Below are positions 39,922 to 50,985 of a DNA stretch of 64,000 bases, piece after piece (the first letter of the stretch is position 1; each line of letters begins with the position of its first letter). The DNA lies in the IMG/VR virus record IMGVR_UViG_3300036715_002570, positions 64,001 to 128,000 of that record; one strand, written 5' to 3'. Made by a program: the position numbers and the translations under genes. The notes under the pieces are model-generated. The model made no database searches. It worked only from the letters and a program-made list of their open reading frames with translations, and was not told the origin of the DNA. This DNA is from a virus.

Positions 39922-40533
39922 ATGATCTTTGGCATGTCCTACTTGGAAATCGCAGCGAACATGATGACAGTCGTCTGCATCCTGCTCGCCGGTCGTAACA
40001 ATATCCACACGTGGTGGACTGGCATCGTTGCCTGTGTGCTGTTCGGTGTGCTGTTCTACCAGTCACAGCTGTACGCAGACGTCACGCTGCAGGTGTTCTT
40101 CATCGCGACGAGCGTGATCGGTTGGTACGCTTGGGCAACGAAGGGACCGGAAGCTGCTGGTCTCCCAGTCAACAAAGCAGACGCGGGTCTGCTGCGGATG
40201 GCTGTGATTGGCGGTGCCGCTGTCTGGCTCGGATACAGCTTCCTGCTGCACAAGTTCACGAACGCGTACCTCCCGTTTGTTGACGGCGCGGTGATGGTTC
40301 TCAGCATCATCGCACAATTGCTGTTGATGCGCCGGTCCGTTGAGAATTGGCCGACGTGGGTGCTGGTCAACATCATCAGCGTGCCGTTGTACATGTTGAA
40401 GGACCTGAAGCTGACTGCGTTCTTGTACTTCGTGTTCCTGATCAACGCAGGGATCTCGTGGAAGCACTGGCTTAATCTGTTCGACGACCAGCGCACCACT
40501 CCCACTGAAGCGCAAGCTGCGCTCGGCGTGTGA
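39922..40533 (+). CDS. pnuC: Nicotinamide riboside transporter PnuC
   Basis: Multi-TM; LYAD..LQ, GWYAW, D..LS..AQ.L..R..ENW. Confidence 0.9.
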   Translation: MIFGMSYLEIAANMMTVVCILLAGRNNIHTWWTGIVACVLFGVLFYQSQLYADVTLQVFFIATSVIGWYAWATKGPEAAGLPVNKADAGLLRMAVIGGAAVWLGYSFLLHKFTNAYLPFVDGAVMVLSIIAQLLLMRRSVENWPTWVLVNIISVPLYMLKDLKLTAFLYFVFLINAGISWKHWLNLFDDQRTTPTEAQAALGV

Positions 40534-40541
40534 AATAGGAG

Positions 40542-41591
40542 ATGGCCATGTACAAGACGGGCTTTGTCGTAGGTAAGTTCTCGCCTCTGCACAATGGCCA
40601 TCTCCATCTGATCAATCAAGCTGCACGGCAGTGCGAACGACTAATCGTCCTCAGCTACTCGTTTCCGGAATTGCCTGGCTGTTCCGCTGAAGTGCGCAGG
40701 CAATGGCTGGCGCAAGTGCAACTGCCCTCCAACGTCGACGTCACAGTACTCGATCCAGAGCGGGTGGTTCTCCCCAAGAACGACGCCTCTGATTGGGTTC
40801 ACCGTGAATTCTGTGCGCACATTCTTCGTGCGCAGCTTGGCACGGAGGTTGATGCTGTGTTCAGCAGTGAGACCTACGGCCCAGGCCTTGCAGAACACCT
40901 CACCCGATCGTTCAACAAAGATCGAATGTACAAAACCAAGGTCGACCACGTTATGGTCGACCTTGACCGAACGACGATTCCGGTCAGTGGTACAGCGTGC
41001 CGGAATGACCGATTCACGTTGTACACACATACACGCCCTGTCGTCCATTCAACGTTCGTTCACCGCGTTGTTCTACTCGGTGGTGAATCGTCAGGCAAGA
41101 CAACCCTCGCAGTCGAACTGGCACAAGCGTTGGGTACACCGTGGGTTCCAGAGTACGGTCGCAACTACTGCGACCAGATCGGCGGTGTAGATCGATTGCA
41201 ACTGCAAGACTTGACGTTGATTGCACGGCGTCAGGTTGCCAACGAATTGATGATGGCTCAGTTGTTGTGCCGCACGTTTGAAGCGTTCCAGAAGCCACTA
41301 ATCTGTGACACCTCTCCGCTGACAACACAGTTCTATTCGGAACAAATGTTCGGGACGGTATGCAATGAGCTGCGGCAGCTGGCGCGGCGCCAATATGATC
41401 TGACGATCGTATGTGAGCCTTCGTTCCCGTTCGTACAAGACGGAACACGTCAAGACGACTCATTCCGCAAGATCGGTCACGAGTGGTATTTGTCGAGCCT
41501 CAAGGGCAACGAGTATACTATCGTTAGTGGGTCGGTTGAACAACGCGTCGAACAGGCCCTTGCTGCGATAAGGCTACTCAATGACAAGTGA
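40542..41591 (+). CDS. nadR: NadR-type NMN adenylyltransferase / ribosylnicotinamide kinase (no HTH)
   Basis: GKFSPLHNGH, SSETYG, GGESSGKTT, EYGR, CDT, QDGTR. Confidence 0.9.
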   Translation: MAMYKTGFVVGKFSPLHNGHLHLINQAARQCERLIVLSYSFPELPGCSAEVRRQWLAQVQLPSNVDVTVLDPERVVLPKNDASDWVHREFCAHILRAQLGTEVDAVFSSETYGPGLAEHLTRSFNKDRMYKTKVDHVMVDLDRTTIPVSGTACRNDRFTLYTHTRPVVHSTFVHRVVLLGGESSGKTTLAVELAQALGTPWVPEYGRNYCDQIGGVDRLQLQDLTLIARRQVANELMMAQLLCRTFEAFQKPLICDTSPLTTQFYSEQMFGTVCNELRQLARRQYDLTIVCEPSFPFVQDGTRQDDSFRKIGHEWYLSSLKGNEYTIVSGSVEQRVEQALAAIRLLNDK

Positions 41592-41788
41592 ATTAACTGA
41601 CGAACAAGTCTCTCTTCGGTGAAGACGCGATCAAGCAGGCCCACTGGCGAGTGGAGTCCGTCAGTCGTGATGCGCAGCAACTCCTACGCGAACGTCTGGA
41701 ACGGGGCCTGATAGGCATCCAGTTTTCTGCAGACGATTGATCTGAATTTAGGGTTAGTTTATACTGGGGGTTCAAAAGGATCCCCAGC

Positions 41789-44035
41789 ATGAAAGTCCAC
41801 CAAGTAGAATTAGAGATTGAACGCTCCGGCATTGAGGCCGAGGGCAAGTTCAAGATGAAGGCTACGGCCAAGGCGTTTGATATTCTGTCGAGCGCCCTGT
41901 ACTCAGACAAGATCCTCGCTGTCATCCGCGAGCTCTCTTGTAACGCGTACGATAGCCACGTTGCTGCTGGGAAGCAGAACGTGCCAATCGAGATTCACCT
42001 GCCGACGATGTACGAGCCAAAGTTCTATGTTAAGGACTTTGGTACTGGTCTGTCACACGAGGATGTGATGGAGATGTACACAACGTACTTTGACTCATCA
42101 AAGACGGAGAGTGACGAGTACATCGGCCAGCTTGGCCTGGGCAGCAAGTCTCCGTTCAGCTACTCAACAACATTCCTTGTTGCTAGCCGGTTCAACGGCA
42201 CGCTTCGACAGTACACATGCTTCAAGGATGAGAACAACATGCCGTCAATCGCTCTGCTTGGTGAGGAACCAACGGAGGTGTGCAATGGTCTGCAAGTGAC
42301 GCTTGCCGTCCGCACATCCGACTGCGAGAAGTTCCTGACGGCGGCGCGGAAGGCGTTGATGTACTTCGACCCAGTGCCTGACGTTAAGGGTGTGACGGGG
42401 TTCAGGCCATATTCGATGACGCATACGGTGCGTAGTGAAGATTGGCGAATTCGTGACACAGAGTACTGGGCTGGTATGTCTGGCGCACACGTCGTTCAAG
42501 GGTTCGTTACATATCCTGTTGATGCTGAGCAGCTAACAGCTCAGGGAATGTCCGCTGTTGCCAGTGCGATCGCTGCAACAGACATTGACATGTATGTGCC
42601 GATCGGTAAGGTTGAAACAGCTGCATCACGTGAAGCTCTATCGTATGACAAGCGGACCGTTACAAACCTTATCGGGGTGTTCGAGAAGGCAGCCGCAGAG
42701 ATGAGGCAATCATTCCAGAAGGAATTTGACGCCTGTACGACGCAATGGCAAGCCGCTAGCTTGCTCGATCGTCTCGGGAACAGTGGAGGCGACAAATTCA
42801 AGGCGCTGTTCAAGAAGTTCCATAAGGAGCAGCCATTCACTTGGAACGGTGAGGAAGTATCGACCGAGATTGTCCTCAAGCTAGACGCAATCAAGGAAAC
42901 GCAGGTAATTCGGCAAGGTGTCACCCGACGTCGCTCGTCCACCAAGACTGTGATCAACAGCACGTGGCACCCTGCAACATCCTCAGCACTGCACGTATTT
43001 AACCTGCAGGCGAACACGTTTGTTGTGTTTGACGACATGCCAAAGAATGCCGTTGAGACGCTCCGCACATGGATCTCCAACCGCCCTCAAGAGGGAGGAC
43101 GAGCGGCATCAGCTATCGTCCTCCGTCCTGTGACGAAGACACAGTACAACCAAGCTGAAATGGATGCGATCGTTGATGCTCTTGGGGGGCCTCCTGCGAT
43201 CAAAGTGTCTGCAATGCCTCAGGTCGTACGACACACCAACCGCTCGTCCTCGTCTGAGCACTCGTCTCGAAGCCGCCGCAAGAAGACGGAGAAGTTGGTG
43301 TGGAACGGATTCAGAACATCGGAGCGCCCAGGCCAGCGGAAGTTCTCGTATCTAACGTGGGAAACAAAGGAGATTGACCTCAACGCAGGAGGCTTCTACG
43401 TTGAGATTGAGCGTCACAGCGTCTTGTCTCAACACGGCGTAGATGGTGTGTATATGCAGGAGATCGTCAAGCTTGGCCGAGCGTTGGGATACATTGATGA
43501 AGATGTCGACATCGTTGGTCTGACCCGGAAAGACCTGGAGACCATTGATCCCACCATCTGGACAAATGCGTTCGAGTGGGTCAAAAGCGAGTTTTTGCGC
43601 AACAACGCAAACGGTGAACTACTAAGTAGGCAGATTGCTGATAGTGTGTTTTCAGCAATTGGCCACCACGTGCTGACGTTCTTTGTTAAGCCGTGGGACA
43701 AAGTCGAACCAAAGCTCGTCGATGGCCCGTTCAAGCGAATGATTCAAGAGTTGGTTGAGCTGGAGGCCACAGCGGGGAAGTTCCGGTCTCATGACGTGGC
43801 AACGTTGATGCAGGTGTTCCGCCAGGCGGCGCCACCGACCGTAGCGGAGCGAATCCAGGCGATCCAAAAGAAGTGGGAGACGGTGGTCAAGAAGTACGAG
43901 ATGTTGCAGTACATCAACATGCGGTACTACCTGAACAACGACTCCTTCAAGACGATTGTTAACTACATTAACCTTGTTGACAGTCAACAAAAATCTGCTG
44001 ATAGTCAGCAATCACAACAAGAAGGAACAGCATGA
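41789..44035 (+). CDS. rIIA: rIIA-like protein
   Basis: LYSDKILAVIRELSCNAYDSH, DFGTGL, GLGSKSPF; adjacent rIIB. Confidence 0.9.
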   Translation: MKVHQVELEIERSGIEAEGKFKMKATAKAFDILSSALYSDKILAVIRELSCNAYDSHVAAGKQNVPIEIHLPTMYEPKFYVKDFGTGLSHEDVMEMYTTYFDSSKTESDEYIGQLGLGSKSPFSYSTTFLVASRFNGTLRQYTCFKDENNMPSIALLGEEPTEVCNGLQVTLAVRTSDCEKFLTAARKALMYFDPVPDVKGVTGFRPYSMTHTVRSEDWRIRDTEYWAGMSGAHVVQGFVTYPVDAEQLTAQGMSAVASAIAATDIDMYVPIGKVETAASREALSYDKRTVTNLIGVFEKAAAEMRQSFQKEFDACTTQWQAASLLDRLGNSGGDKFKALFKKFHKEQPFTWNGEEVSTEIVLKLDAIKETQVIRQGVTRRRSSTKTVINSTWHPATSSALHVFNLQANTFVVFDDMPKNAVETLRTWISNRPQEGGRAASAIVLRPVTKTQYNQAEMDAIVDALGGPPAIKVSAMPQVVRHTNRSSSSEHSSRSRRKKTEKLVWNGFRTSERPGQRKFSYLTWETKEIDLNAGGFYVEIERHSVLSQHGVDGVYMQEIVKLGRALGYIDEDVDIVGLTRKDLETIDPTIWTNAFEWVKSEFLRNNANGELLSRQIADSVFSAIGHHVLTFFVKPWDKVEPKLVDGPFKRMIQELVELEATAGKFRSHDVATLMQVFRQAAPPTVAERIQAIQKKWETVVKKYEMLQYINMRYYLNNDSFKTIVNYINLVDSQQKSADSQQSQQEGTA

Positions 44036-45009
44036 ACTCTATGATCCGTACTCAATCCGGCTTATCGCTGGTAGTCAACAATCAGCCATTCACGATTGAC
44101 AGCACACACATCAATTACAACGACATTGTTGATGCTATCCGGGAAGGTCGTTGGAATGATGTTCCCGATCTGGTCTCAATCACCAAGTCGTTGCAAATCC
44201 ATCTGGCCAAGCCAGAAACCAACGTTCTTGGCCTGCGCGTCGCCAACGACCGTTTGTACTACAACAACGAGGGAGTAGAAGGCGTGATCGCTGACCGAAT
44301 CCTCGCAATGCGTGCTGACGGTTTCGATCTACGCTCAATGGACCTGTTCCTCGGCAATCTGTACCAAAATCCGTCGAATAAGGCGATCAAGCAGCTATAT
44401 AGTTGGATGGAGAAGAACGGAATCACGATCTCCGAAGATGGCCATCTGCTAGCGTACAAGCGTGTGTGTGACGATTATACGTCATTCCACGATGGTGTTA
44501 CGAAAAACAATGTTGGTCTGATTGTTGAACTGCCTCGCAACAAGTGCGATGACCGCAGCGAAGTGACATGTTCTACTGGTCTGCATTTCTGCTCACAAGC
44601 GTACCTGCCGCACTACTCTGGTGGTGCTGGCCGCGTCCTGTTGTTGAAGATCAACCCACGCGACGTGGTGTCGATCCCAACGGACTACAACAACGCCAAG
44701 GGTCGCGCTTGCAAGTACCTCGTCCTGACAGAACTGCGAAACGATGCGCGGGCGACAATCGAAGTCAAGCCTGTACTGACGCAGCCTGTTATCCTCGAGG
44801 AACGCACGGAAGAGGTCGCTGAAGTTGGCGATTCGTTCAAGGCTGGTTACGCCGATGGTTATAAGGACGGTCGCGGCAAGAAGGCGTACGGCACATCTGC
44901 AAACGGCAACTTCCTCAACGCTGTCGAGGCTGAGACAAGGAACAAGTACACGGAAGGTTACCAAGCTGGGCGCGTCGACGGCCGCAACAAGGCACCAAAG
45001 GCATACTGA
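44032..45009 (+). CDS. rIIB: rIIB-like protein
   Basis: NPS, I.EDG..LAYKRV, CSTGLH, INPRDVVSIPTDYN..KGR.C.Y. Confidence 0.9.
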   Translation: MNSMIRTQSGLSLVVNNQPFTIDSTHINYNDIVDAIREGRWNDVPDLVSITKSLQIHLAKPETNVLGLRVANDRLYYNNEGVEGVIADRILAMRADGFDLRSMDLFLGNLYQNPSNKAIKQLYSWMEKNGITISEDGHLLAYKRVCDDYTSFHDGVTKNNVGLIVELPRNKCDDRSEVTCSTGLHFCSQAYLPHYSGGAGRVLLLKINPRDVVSIPTDYNNAKGRACKYLVLTELRNDARATIEVKPVLTQPVILEERTEEVAEVGDSFKAGYADGYKDGRGKKAYGTSANGNFLNAVEAETRNKYTEGYQAGRVDGRNKAPKAY

Positions 45010-45044
45010 CCGAACTTGTAAATAGCCCATAAAATGATGCTAAT

Positions 45045-45277
45045 ATGAATTGTGAAGTCCGAAGCTCACCAATCCACGGTGTTGGTGTATTTGCGACGCA
45101 GCGTTTGAAACGTAATGACTTCCTGATGATGTACACAGGAGAACGAATCAATAGTGAAGAGGCAACGCGACGCCACAACATATCCCCGGATGGGTTTATT
45201 GACGGGGCGCCGTTGGAGGTAACTACGGCAGCAGTCTGAACCACCTATGCAGTCCAAACTGCGCAACCGGGTACTAG
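45045..45277 (+). pseudogene. Degraded SET-domain methyltransferase
   Basis: SPIHGVGVFA..YTGE in one frame, GN..LNHLCSPNC in a shifted frame, then stop. Confidence 0.65.
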
Positions 45278-45288
45278 CTGTGAGGTTG

Positions 45289-45930
45289 TCACACACCTGG
45301 GTGCTGGACACCCTGATAGTACATGTCGACTGCGAGTCGGATAGCGGCTATTCTTAGCTGGTCCTTCTCGTAGATCGACATTTCCTTTTTGCTGTACAGC
45401 ACGATGTAGCCGGTGACGCGCCCATAGTATGGTGGAATAGGAACACGACATGTGGTGTGAATGATGTTCCGCAGACCGTACTGTCTCGTGAAGATGCTTT
45501 CGCCAGAGTTACACGTGAACTGATTGCTGAGCAGAGAGGAAATCTCAGAATTGCTCTCTATGTCAGACGTAAACAACGGCTGCGGCTTTTCGGGGGGGTG
45601 TGCAATCTGTTCCTGCACTTTCGCTTCGAGCGCCTTATCATTGAACATCCGAAGCATGTTCGTTCGCGTGTTGTGAACCATATCAAAGTTGACAACACCA
45701 ACAACGTCAATATCTGGATGCGTCTTCAGAAATTGCTGAACGATCAGTACGCTGTTGGGAGTCAATTCCAAACGATCACCTACTGACATGATAAACGGAG
45801 GCGGATTGGATTCCGTCACACTTTGAAAGTACGCTATCTTAGCGCCGTATAAGATGAAGATCGTTGCCAGCATTACGGCAAAAACGACTGAAGTGACCAA
45901 CTGCGTCAGCGTGATGTTACGAAACTTCAT
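45289..45930 (-). CDS. Single-TM protein with periplasmic GAF-like domain (T4 holin T-like architecture)
   Basis: N-terminal TM, ~180-aa soluble domain with two Cys, CRVP..GYIVL..AIRL. Confidence 0.45.
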   Translation of the reverse strand: MKFRNITLTQLVTSVVFAVMLATIFILYGAKIAYFQSVTESNPPPFIMSVGDRLELTPNSVLIVQQFLKTHPDIDVVGVVNFDMVHNTRTNMLRMFNDKALEAKVQEQIAHPPEKPQPLFTSDIESNSEISSLLSNQFTCNSGESIFTRQYGLRNIIHTTCRVPIPPYYGRVTGYIVLYSKKEMSIYEKDQLRIAAIRLAVDMYYQGVQHPGV

Positions 45931-46405
45931 GCGAGGGCCCTGCTGTTGGTTGGACCATAAGTACAATCACGGCTGTTGCTGTCGCCGCAATCGCTGACAT
46001 GATTCCTGCAATGAACCCAGCGACGTGCCACCATCCACCGTACATAATTATACCAATTGATGATGCACTGACAGCCGCTGTTGCAATCAGCTGTGCACCT
46101 ATCGAGCAAAACACAAACTTCAATGCACGCGATTGCAGTACGGCGCAGTGGCGGATTGCAGCGATGCCAACGATTAGGTTCATTATCCCTGTGATAATGT
46201 GGCCAGCTGTTCGGCCAGAGATGATCCAACCAGTGTCTGATAAGCTGTAAATGAAATTGATTGGTGGCAACTGGCCAATTGCACCCATTGATACAGGCGT
46301 AACAGACAGCAAGCTCGATACAAGAATGCCAAGAATGATCACCTGGACCACTAAGATGACAAAGACGGTAGTAGACCAATTGAATGGTGGTGGTGGTCGG
46401 TCCAT
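45917..46405 (-). CDS. Multi-pass membrane protein
   Basis: About four hydrophobic segments; overlaps the next gene. Confidence 0.55.
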   Translation of the reverse strand: MDRPPPPFNWSTTVFVILVVQVIILGILVSSLLSVTPVSMGAIGQLPPINFIYSLSDTGWIISGRTAGHIITGIMNLIVGIAAIRHCAVLQSRALKFVFCSIGAQLIATAAVSASSIGIIMYGGWWHVAGFIAGIMSAIAATATAVIVLMVQPTAGPSHEVS

Positions 46406-46506
46406 TAAACACTTCCTAAATTCGTTCTGATTATTTAGTAGGGTGGGCACTGTTGACCTATCGAAAAAGGTCATATATTGTTGAGCACAAATGCTCATAA
46501 ATTACA

Positions 46507-47358
46507 ATGAGGAGCGCAGAGATGCCACTACCAACACAATTCCAAAAAGTACAGCGGTACCCCGTCAACACACAAGGCAAAGACTACGTTGTTGGTGATA
46601 TCCACGGGATGTATGAGACACTGCTGACGGTGCTGACAGAGCTGAAGTTTGACGGTCGAGTTGATCGTCTGTTTTCCGTTGGCGACTTGGTTGATCGTGG
46701 TCCTGATAGCCAGAAGTGCGCTGAACTGATCTACGAAAGCTGGTTCTATGCTGTTCGCGGCAACCACGAACAGATGATGATCGATGCTCTGGTCAAGGAT
46801 GACCAGAATTCTGCGGCATTATGGGCGTGGAACGGAGGTCAGTGGGGGATCTACGGAACTCCTGATGAGCAAAACGGGCGAAGACTGCTCGCCGCCGACC
46901 TTGATCTGCTGCCACTCGTGATCGTTGTTGGTGAAGGAGATCACCGGTTCAACGTTGTTCACGCAGAGATGATCCACCGCGAGTATGGTGAGAATGATGG
47001 GTACTACGGCGTTATTCCGCTGACGGATGCGATGATCGACAACTGGGTGTTCAACTCCAGTGAGGAGAACGGTCTGATCTGGGGTCGTCAAATGATCTCT
47101 GGCGATCCTGTCTCCAACCGTGCTCACAACATGGTCAATATGTCGCTGACGTTCGTTGGGCATACCCCTGTCCGTGAGCCGATTCGTGTACAGAGGCAGA
47201 TCTATCTTGACGGCGGCGCTGTGTTTGCGCAACGTAGTCCAAGCCACGAGAACTCAATGATCATTGCCTGCCCGCACGATAACGAACTACACGTGTTCCG
47301 AGTTGTTCCGCGCACGCTGGAGACGATCAAGTTTACGGACATCACTGTTGGGACGTAA
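46507..47358 (+). CDS. Ser/Thr protein phosphatase (lambda NinI/PphA-like)
   Basis: GDIHG, GDLVDRG, RGNHE, VHA, GHTP, DGG. Confidence 0.9.
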   Translation: MRSAEMPLPTQFQKVQRYPVNTQGKDYVVGDIHGMYETLLTVLTELKFDGRVDRLFSVGDLVDRGPDSQKCAELIYESWFYAVRGNHEQMMIDALVKDDQNSAALWAWNGGQWGIYGTPDEQNGRRLLAADLDLLPLVIVVGEGDHRFNVVHAEMIHREYGENDGYYGVIPLTDAMIDNWVFNSSEENGLIWGRQMISGDPVSNRAHNMVNMSLTFVGHTPVREPIRVQRQIYLDGGAVFAQRSPSHENSMIIACPHDNELHVFRVVPRTLETIKFTDITVGT

Positions 47359-48085
47359 GTAAATAGGTCGTATGAACCAAATTGCAACACCTGTCATACA
47401 TCCAATAGCAATAGGAGTGCCTGTGAAGGCACTCCGTCCGTCTTGTGCATGCAAAGGTGCCAAGATGCAACATGTCAACGGCAAAGTAATGAAGGTAATC
47501 CACAACAATAGTGGATACTGGTACTACTTGACGTCCGGCGTCACAGTCCGAGGTGACTGGATCCAGTCAGTTGGTGATTAACTGCTGCTGAGCTTGACAG
47601 CGATCCGCTGCACAGATCGGCGCGGAATATGTGTGACAACGCTCGTCTTCGCGTCCCATAGCTGGAATGTCTCCAGCTCCCCGTCCATAAAACTGGCGAT
47701 CTCAGCCGCAACGGTGTTGTACACGGTGGCTGGGATTGGTGAGCTGACCAACGGGAGCTGCTCTCCCACGAGGTATACATGCACAGCAAACGACTTGCTG
47801 TCGTTTGATGCATTTAGGTAGCTATCGAAGTTCTGGAAGTAACTCATGTCGTCGTTTTCCTTTTGACGAGGATCACCTTTGCCAGGTAAATCCAAATGAA
47901 CACGTTGACGACTGGCACAAGCAACAAGATCGCAACGGCAATAACCAACGGATGCAACATCGTCTTGCCGTGATCGCCGTCTACGAAGTCAATGTACGTA
48001 AAGTACAGCAAGAACGCGCTCATAATAACGGCTGACAACAGGACGTATCCTGCCGTCATCAATGCCAAACCGTTCCATAGTAGAT

Positions 48086-48751
48086 TCATGACGGCAGGAC
48101 CAGTTGATCAACGGATACCCAACGACGATCACCTGATTGGTCAAGTGCTTCAATCAGCACTTGCGCACAACCAAACATTCCGTTGTCGATCACTTGCACA
48201 ATCACATATTGCTTGCCATCGAGGACGACTTGCTCACCGGCAACACCAAGAGCCGGTTTGCCAGCAACAGCGGGTCGCTCAACGGGGCTGGTTACAACAA
48301 TCTGGTCATACTGAGCCTGCCCGAAGCAGAACACGTACCAGATGTTGCCATCAGTGCCAAGAATGTGATCAATGAAGATCCGCGTCTGCACGTCGTATTC
48401 AACAACCTCTTCTGTGTCACTTTGCAGTGCAAACACATACATCGGCCCGTCACCAAATGGCTTCGCTGCCGCTGGCAGCGTTGGGTTTACGTAGAAGCTC
48501 ATCTCAATCCGCGGACCAATCTCAGACTGGGGGTCGTCGTGGACCCACACCTTTGACGGTAGGTATCCACGGACGCGTGGATCGTCAACGGTGAACAACT
48601 GCACCTGCACGTTCCGCTCCGGCTCGTATTTGTCGCTAACGATGTCGAAGTGAGTGGACACCTTCGTCCGCTTGAATAGCGTGACATCGAGGCGGACAAT
48701 CTGCATCGTGTGCAGAGCGTGCTGTTGTTCAAACGTCGGTAACTGTGTCAT
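48086..48751 (-). CDS. Hypothetical protein
   Basis: AAGGA RBS; first of a coupled minus-strand series. Confidence 0.55.
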   Translation of the reverse strand: MTQLPTFEQQHALHTMQIVRLDVTLFKRTKVSTHFDIVSDKYEPERNVQVQLFTVDDPRVRGYLPSKVWVHDDPQSEIGPRIEMSFYVNPTLPAAAKPFGDGPMYVFALQSDTEEVVEYDVQTRIFIDHILGTDGNIWYVFCFGQAQYDQIVVTSPVERPAVAGKPALGVAGEQVVLDGKQYVIVQVIDNGMFGCAQVLIEALDQSGDRRWVSVDQLVLPS

Positions 48752-49810
48752 TTGCTGTTCCTTAACTGGCAGTGCGTAACATAGCACCGCCCTTTATACG
48801 ATCCGCCGTACTTATTGCCGCTAGTGCAGCGGTTGTCCTATAGCATCGGTGCAATTCGGTCAACAACGTGTTCGCCACGTATCGTCGTAATACGACATCT
48901 TTCGATCGAACTTGCCGGTTGCAATCCGCAGTAACGCGTCAAAGTAGTCCTTGTTGATCATTGCTTGTCCCTGATTACGTTTTTGTCGTCGAGCCACGCA
49001 TGGCACGCATACCATTTGCCGCCAACCCATACCCGTTTGTGCAGATCGCACTTCGGCGTCGGCCGGCCAGTTGTGTTATGACCATCTTCTAGGTGGTTGA
49101 ATTCGATCGGCTCACCCTTTCGCTGGCGGGCCCAAAGTGTCACTGGCTTCATTTCACCACCCACGGCGAACGCCTGCTCGCTCCTTCATCTTCGCCACCC
49201 GGATCCCAACCCACGTCAGGAACACCCAGCTAATCCCGATTGTGACGCCACCACCGCCACCAAGCAGCATTAGGAAGATAACGATTTCAATACCTGGACT
49301 CATGGTACAATGTTCTCCAAAACGTAGTGAATACCGAGTGGAACTGCAACAACCAACAGTCCCCAAATCACCGGATCGAACAAGGGGACCGCATGAACGA
49401 CGGCGCTACCGACCAACATTGCGGAAAAACGAAAACGCGCGGCTACCAGTTGCTCCGCCGTAGTTCATGTCAACAACAGCCTGGCTGATCACCATCGCAA
49501 AAAGCGAATACATCAGCCAGCACATCGCCGGCCCGAACACTGTGTTATCATTCATAGTTGTTCTCCCACACTGTAACATGCCTGCGCCGCAGGTGCAAAC
49601 GGAGGAAAGTCACTGGGCGGCGGGTAGTCACCAATTGGTTGTGGCGTCATTGCTCTATCTCCTGGTAAATTGTGTCAACAATCGCTGCAACAACTTCCAG
49701 CTGAAGCATGATCACCGTTTCCCACGCAGCACTGGTTGTCCTCCGGTCCCGTACAATGTTAAGCAGCTGCTCGATCTCCCGATCAGCCGCATCTAAAGTT
49801 TTCTCTGTAA

Positions 49811-49998
49811 TCATGGCATCCAAATCCATTCCAGTAGGCACCCAGCTACACCAGCCAGATTAACCAAGCCAAACCACCCAGCCCAGAACGACACGTTCTT
49901 GCTGACCCCCCCCCCCCCGGATACGCCCACGTAACCAATCCGATCATCGCTAGCAACGTAAACGTCAGCATCATTCGTATGATCAATTCGCTCGCCAA
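49811..49998 (-). pseudogene. Small two-TM protein frameshifted at a G13 tract
   Basis: TTG start after GGGGA; G11 or G14 would restore a frame ending in an ATGA overlap with the next gene. Confidence 0.5.
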
Positions 49999-50357
49999 GT
50001 CAGTCCCCTGGGTGAGCCGGAACCCCGTCGTGCGGAGCCGGAACCGTAACTACTGTATAACCCGCAATATGATATGTCAACGAATAGTATAGGGGAGCGT
50101 AATCAGTGACGCCCGTAACACCGTACATTCCGCCGGGGAAGTTGTACGCAATTGGTCGTTGCCGGACTGCAACGTGACAGCCCGGATTACCCACATAATC
50201 TGCGGGGAAGCAGTCGTTCTGCACGGGTGTTTACTAGTAGACATTTGAGCAAAAGTGATCACTCAACTCCGCCACATTGTTGCTGATTTTCGCATAATGG
50301 GAACCACACCCAAGGGGAGGTAGTTCGTCATTATTGCGTTATATCCGCGTAATCTAC

Positions 50358-50545
50358 CCGTGGTCTCTGTTGATTAGTGCTGTTTTTAGCCATAATCAAC
50401 ATGATCTACCGGCGGATTATGTGCATAATCAACATGATCTGCACCGTGGTCTCTGTTGATTAGTGCTGTTTTTAGCCATAATCAACATGGTCTGCACCGT
50501 GGTTACTAGTAAACATTGCTGTTTTAGCAACAATCAACACGGTTA
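50358..50545. repeat. ~50-bp direct repeats with internal inverted repeat
   Basis: CCGTGGTCTCTGTTGATTAGTGCTGTTTTTAGCCATAATCAACATG(A/G)TCT at 50358 and 50444, degenerate third copy at 50497. Confidence 0.85.
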
Positions 50546-50985
50546 ACCCTATTGTCTCTCGACAATCTATAGGGTTATGACCAGTTTACAATCAGTTCTG
50601 TGAAAAACAGCATGGCCGATTTTACCGCAGATTCATGCGATTTCGGTGTGTTTTGAACCCGGGGCGAACAGACGTTTTGTCAACGCTTCGTGATCATGAA
50701 CGTATGGCCGTCGGCAATGAACATCTCACAGACGTTCCTTCCGTCTCGATCATAGAAGTCAACGGTCCAAATGTCATCGAACCGCTTGTTTGTGCTGTAA
50801 GATTCACCTTAAATGTCGTGTGTAACAAGCGCTCCCGCGCTGAGAACACTGATTTGGTATTTTTGCATTGTTTGTCCAGTCGTATTAGCGTCCGTTTAAG
50901 CAATAATCAACGCATATCTATTGTACATTATTAACCAATTTGACGTCAACGGCTGGTCGGTCACAAGTGACAGTGCGGGTTTACA

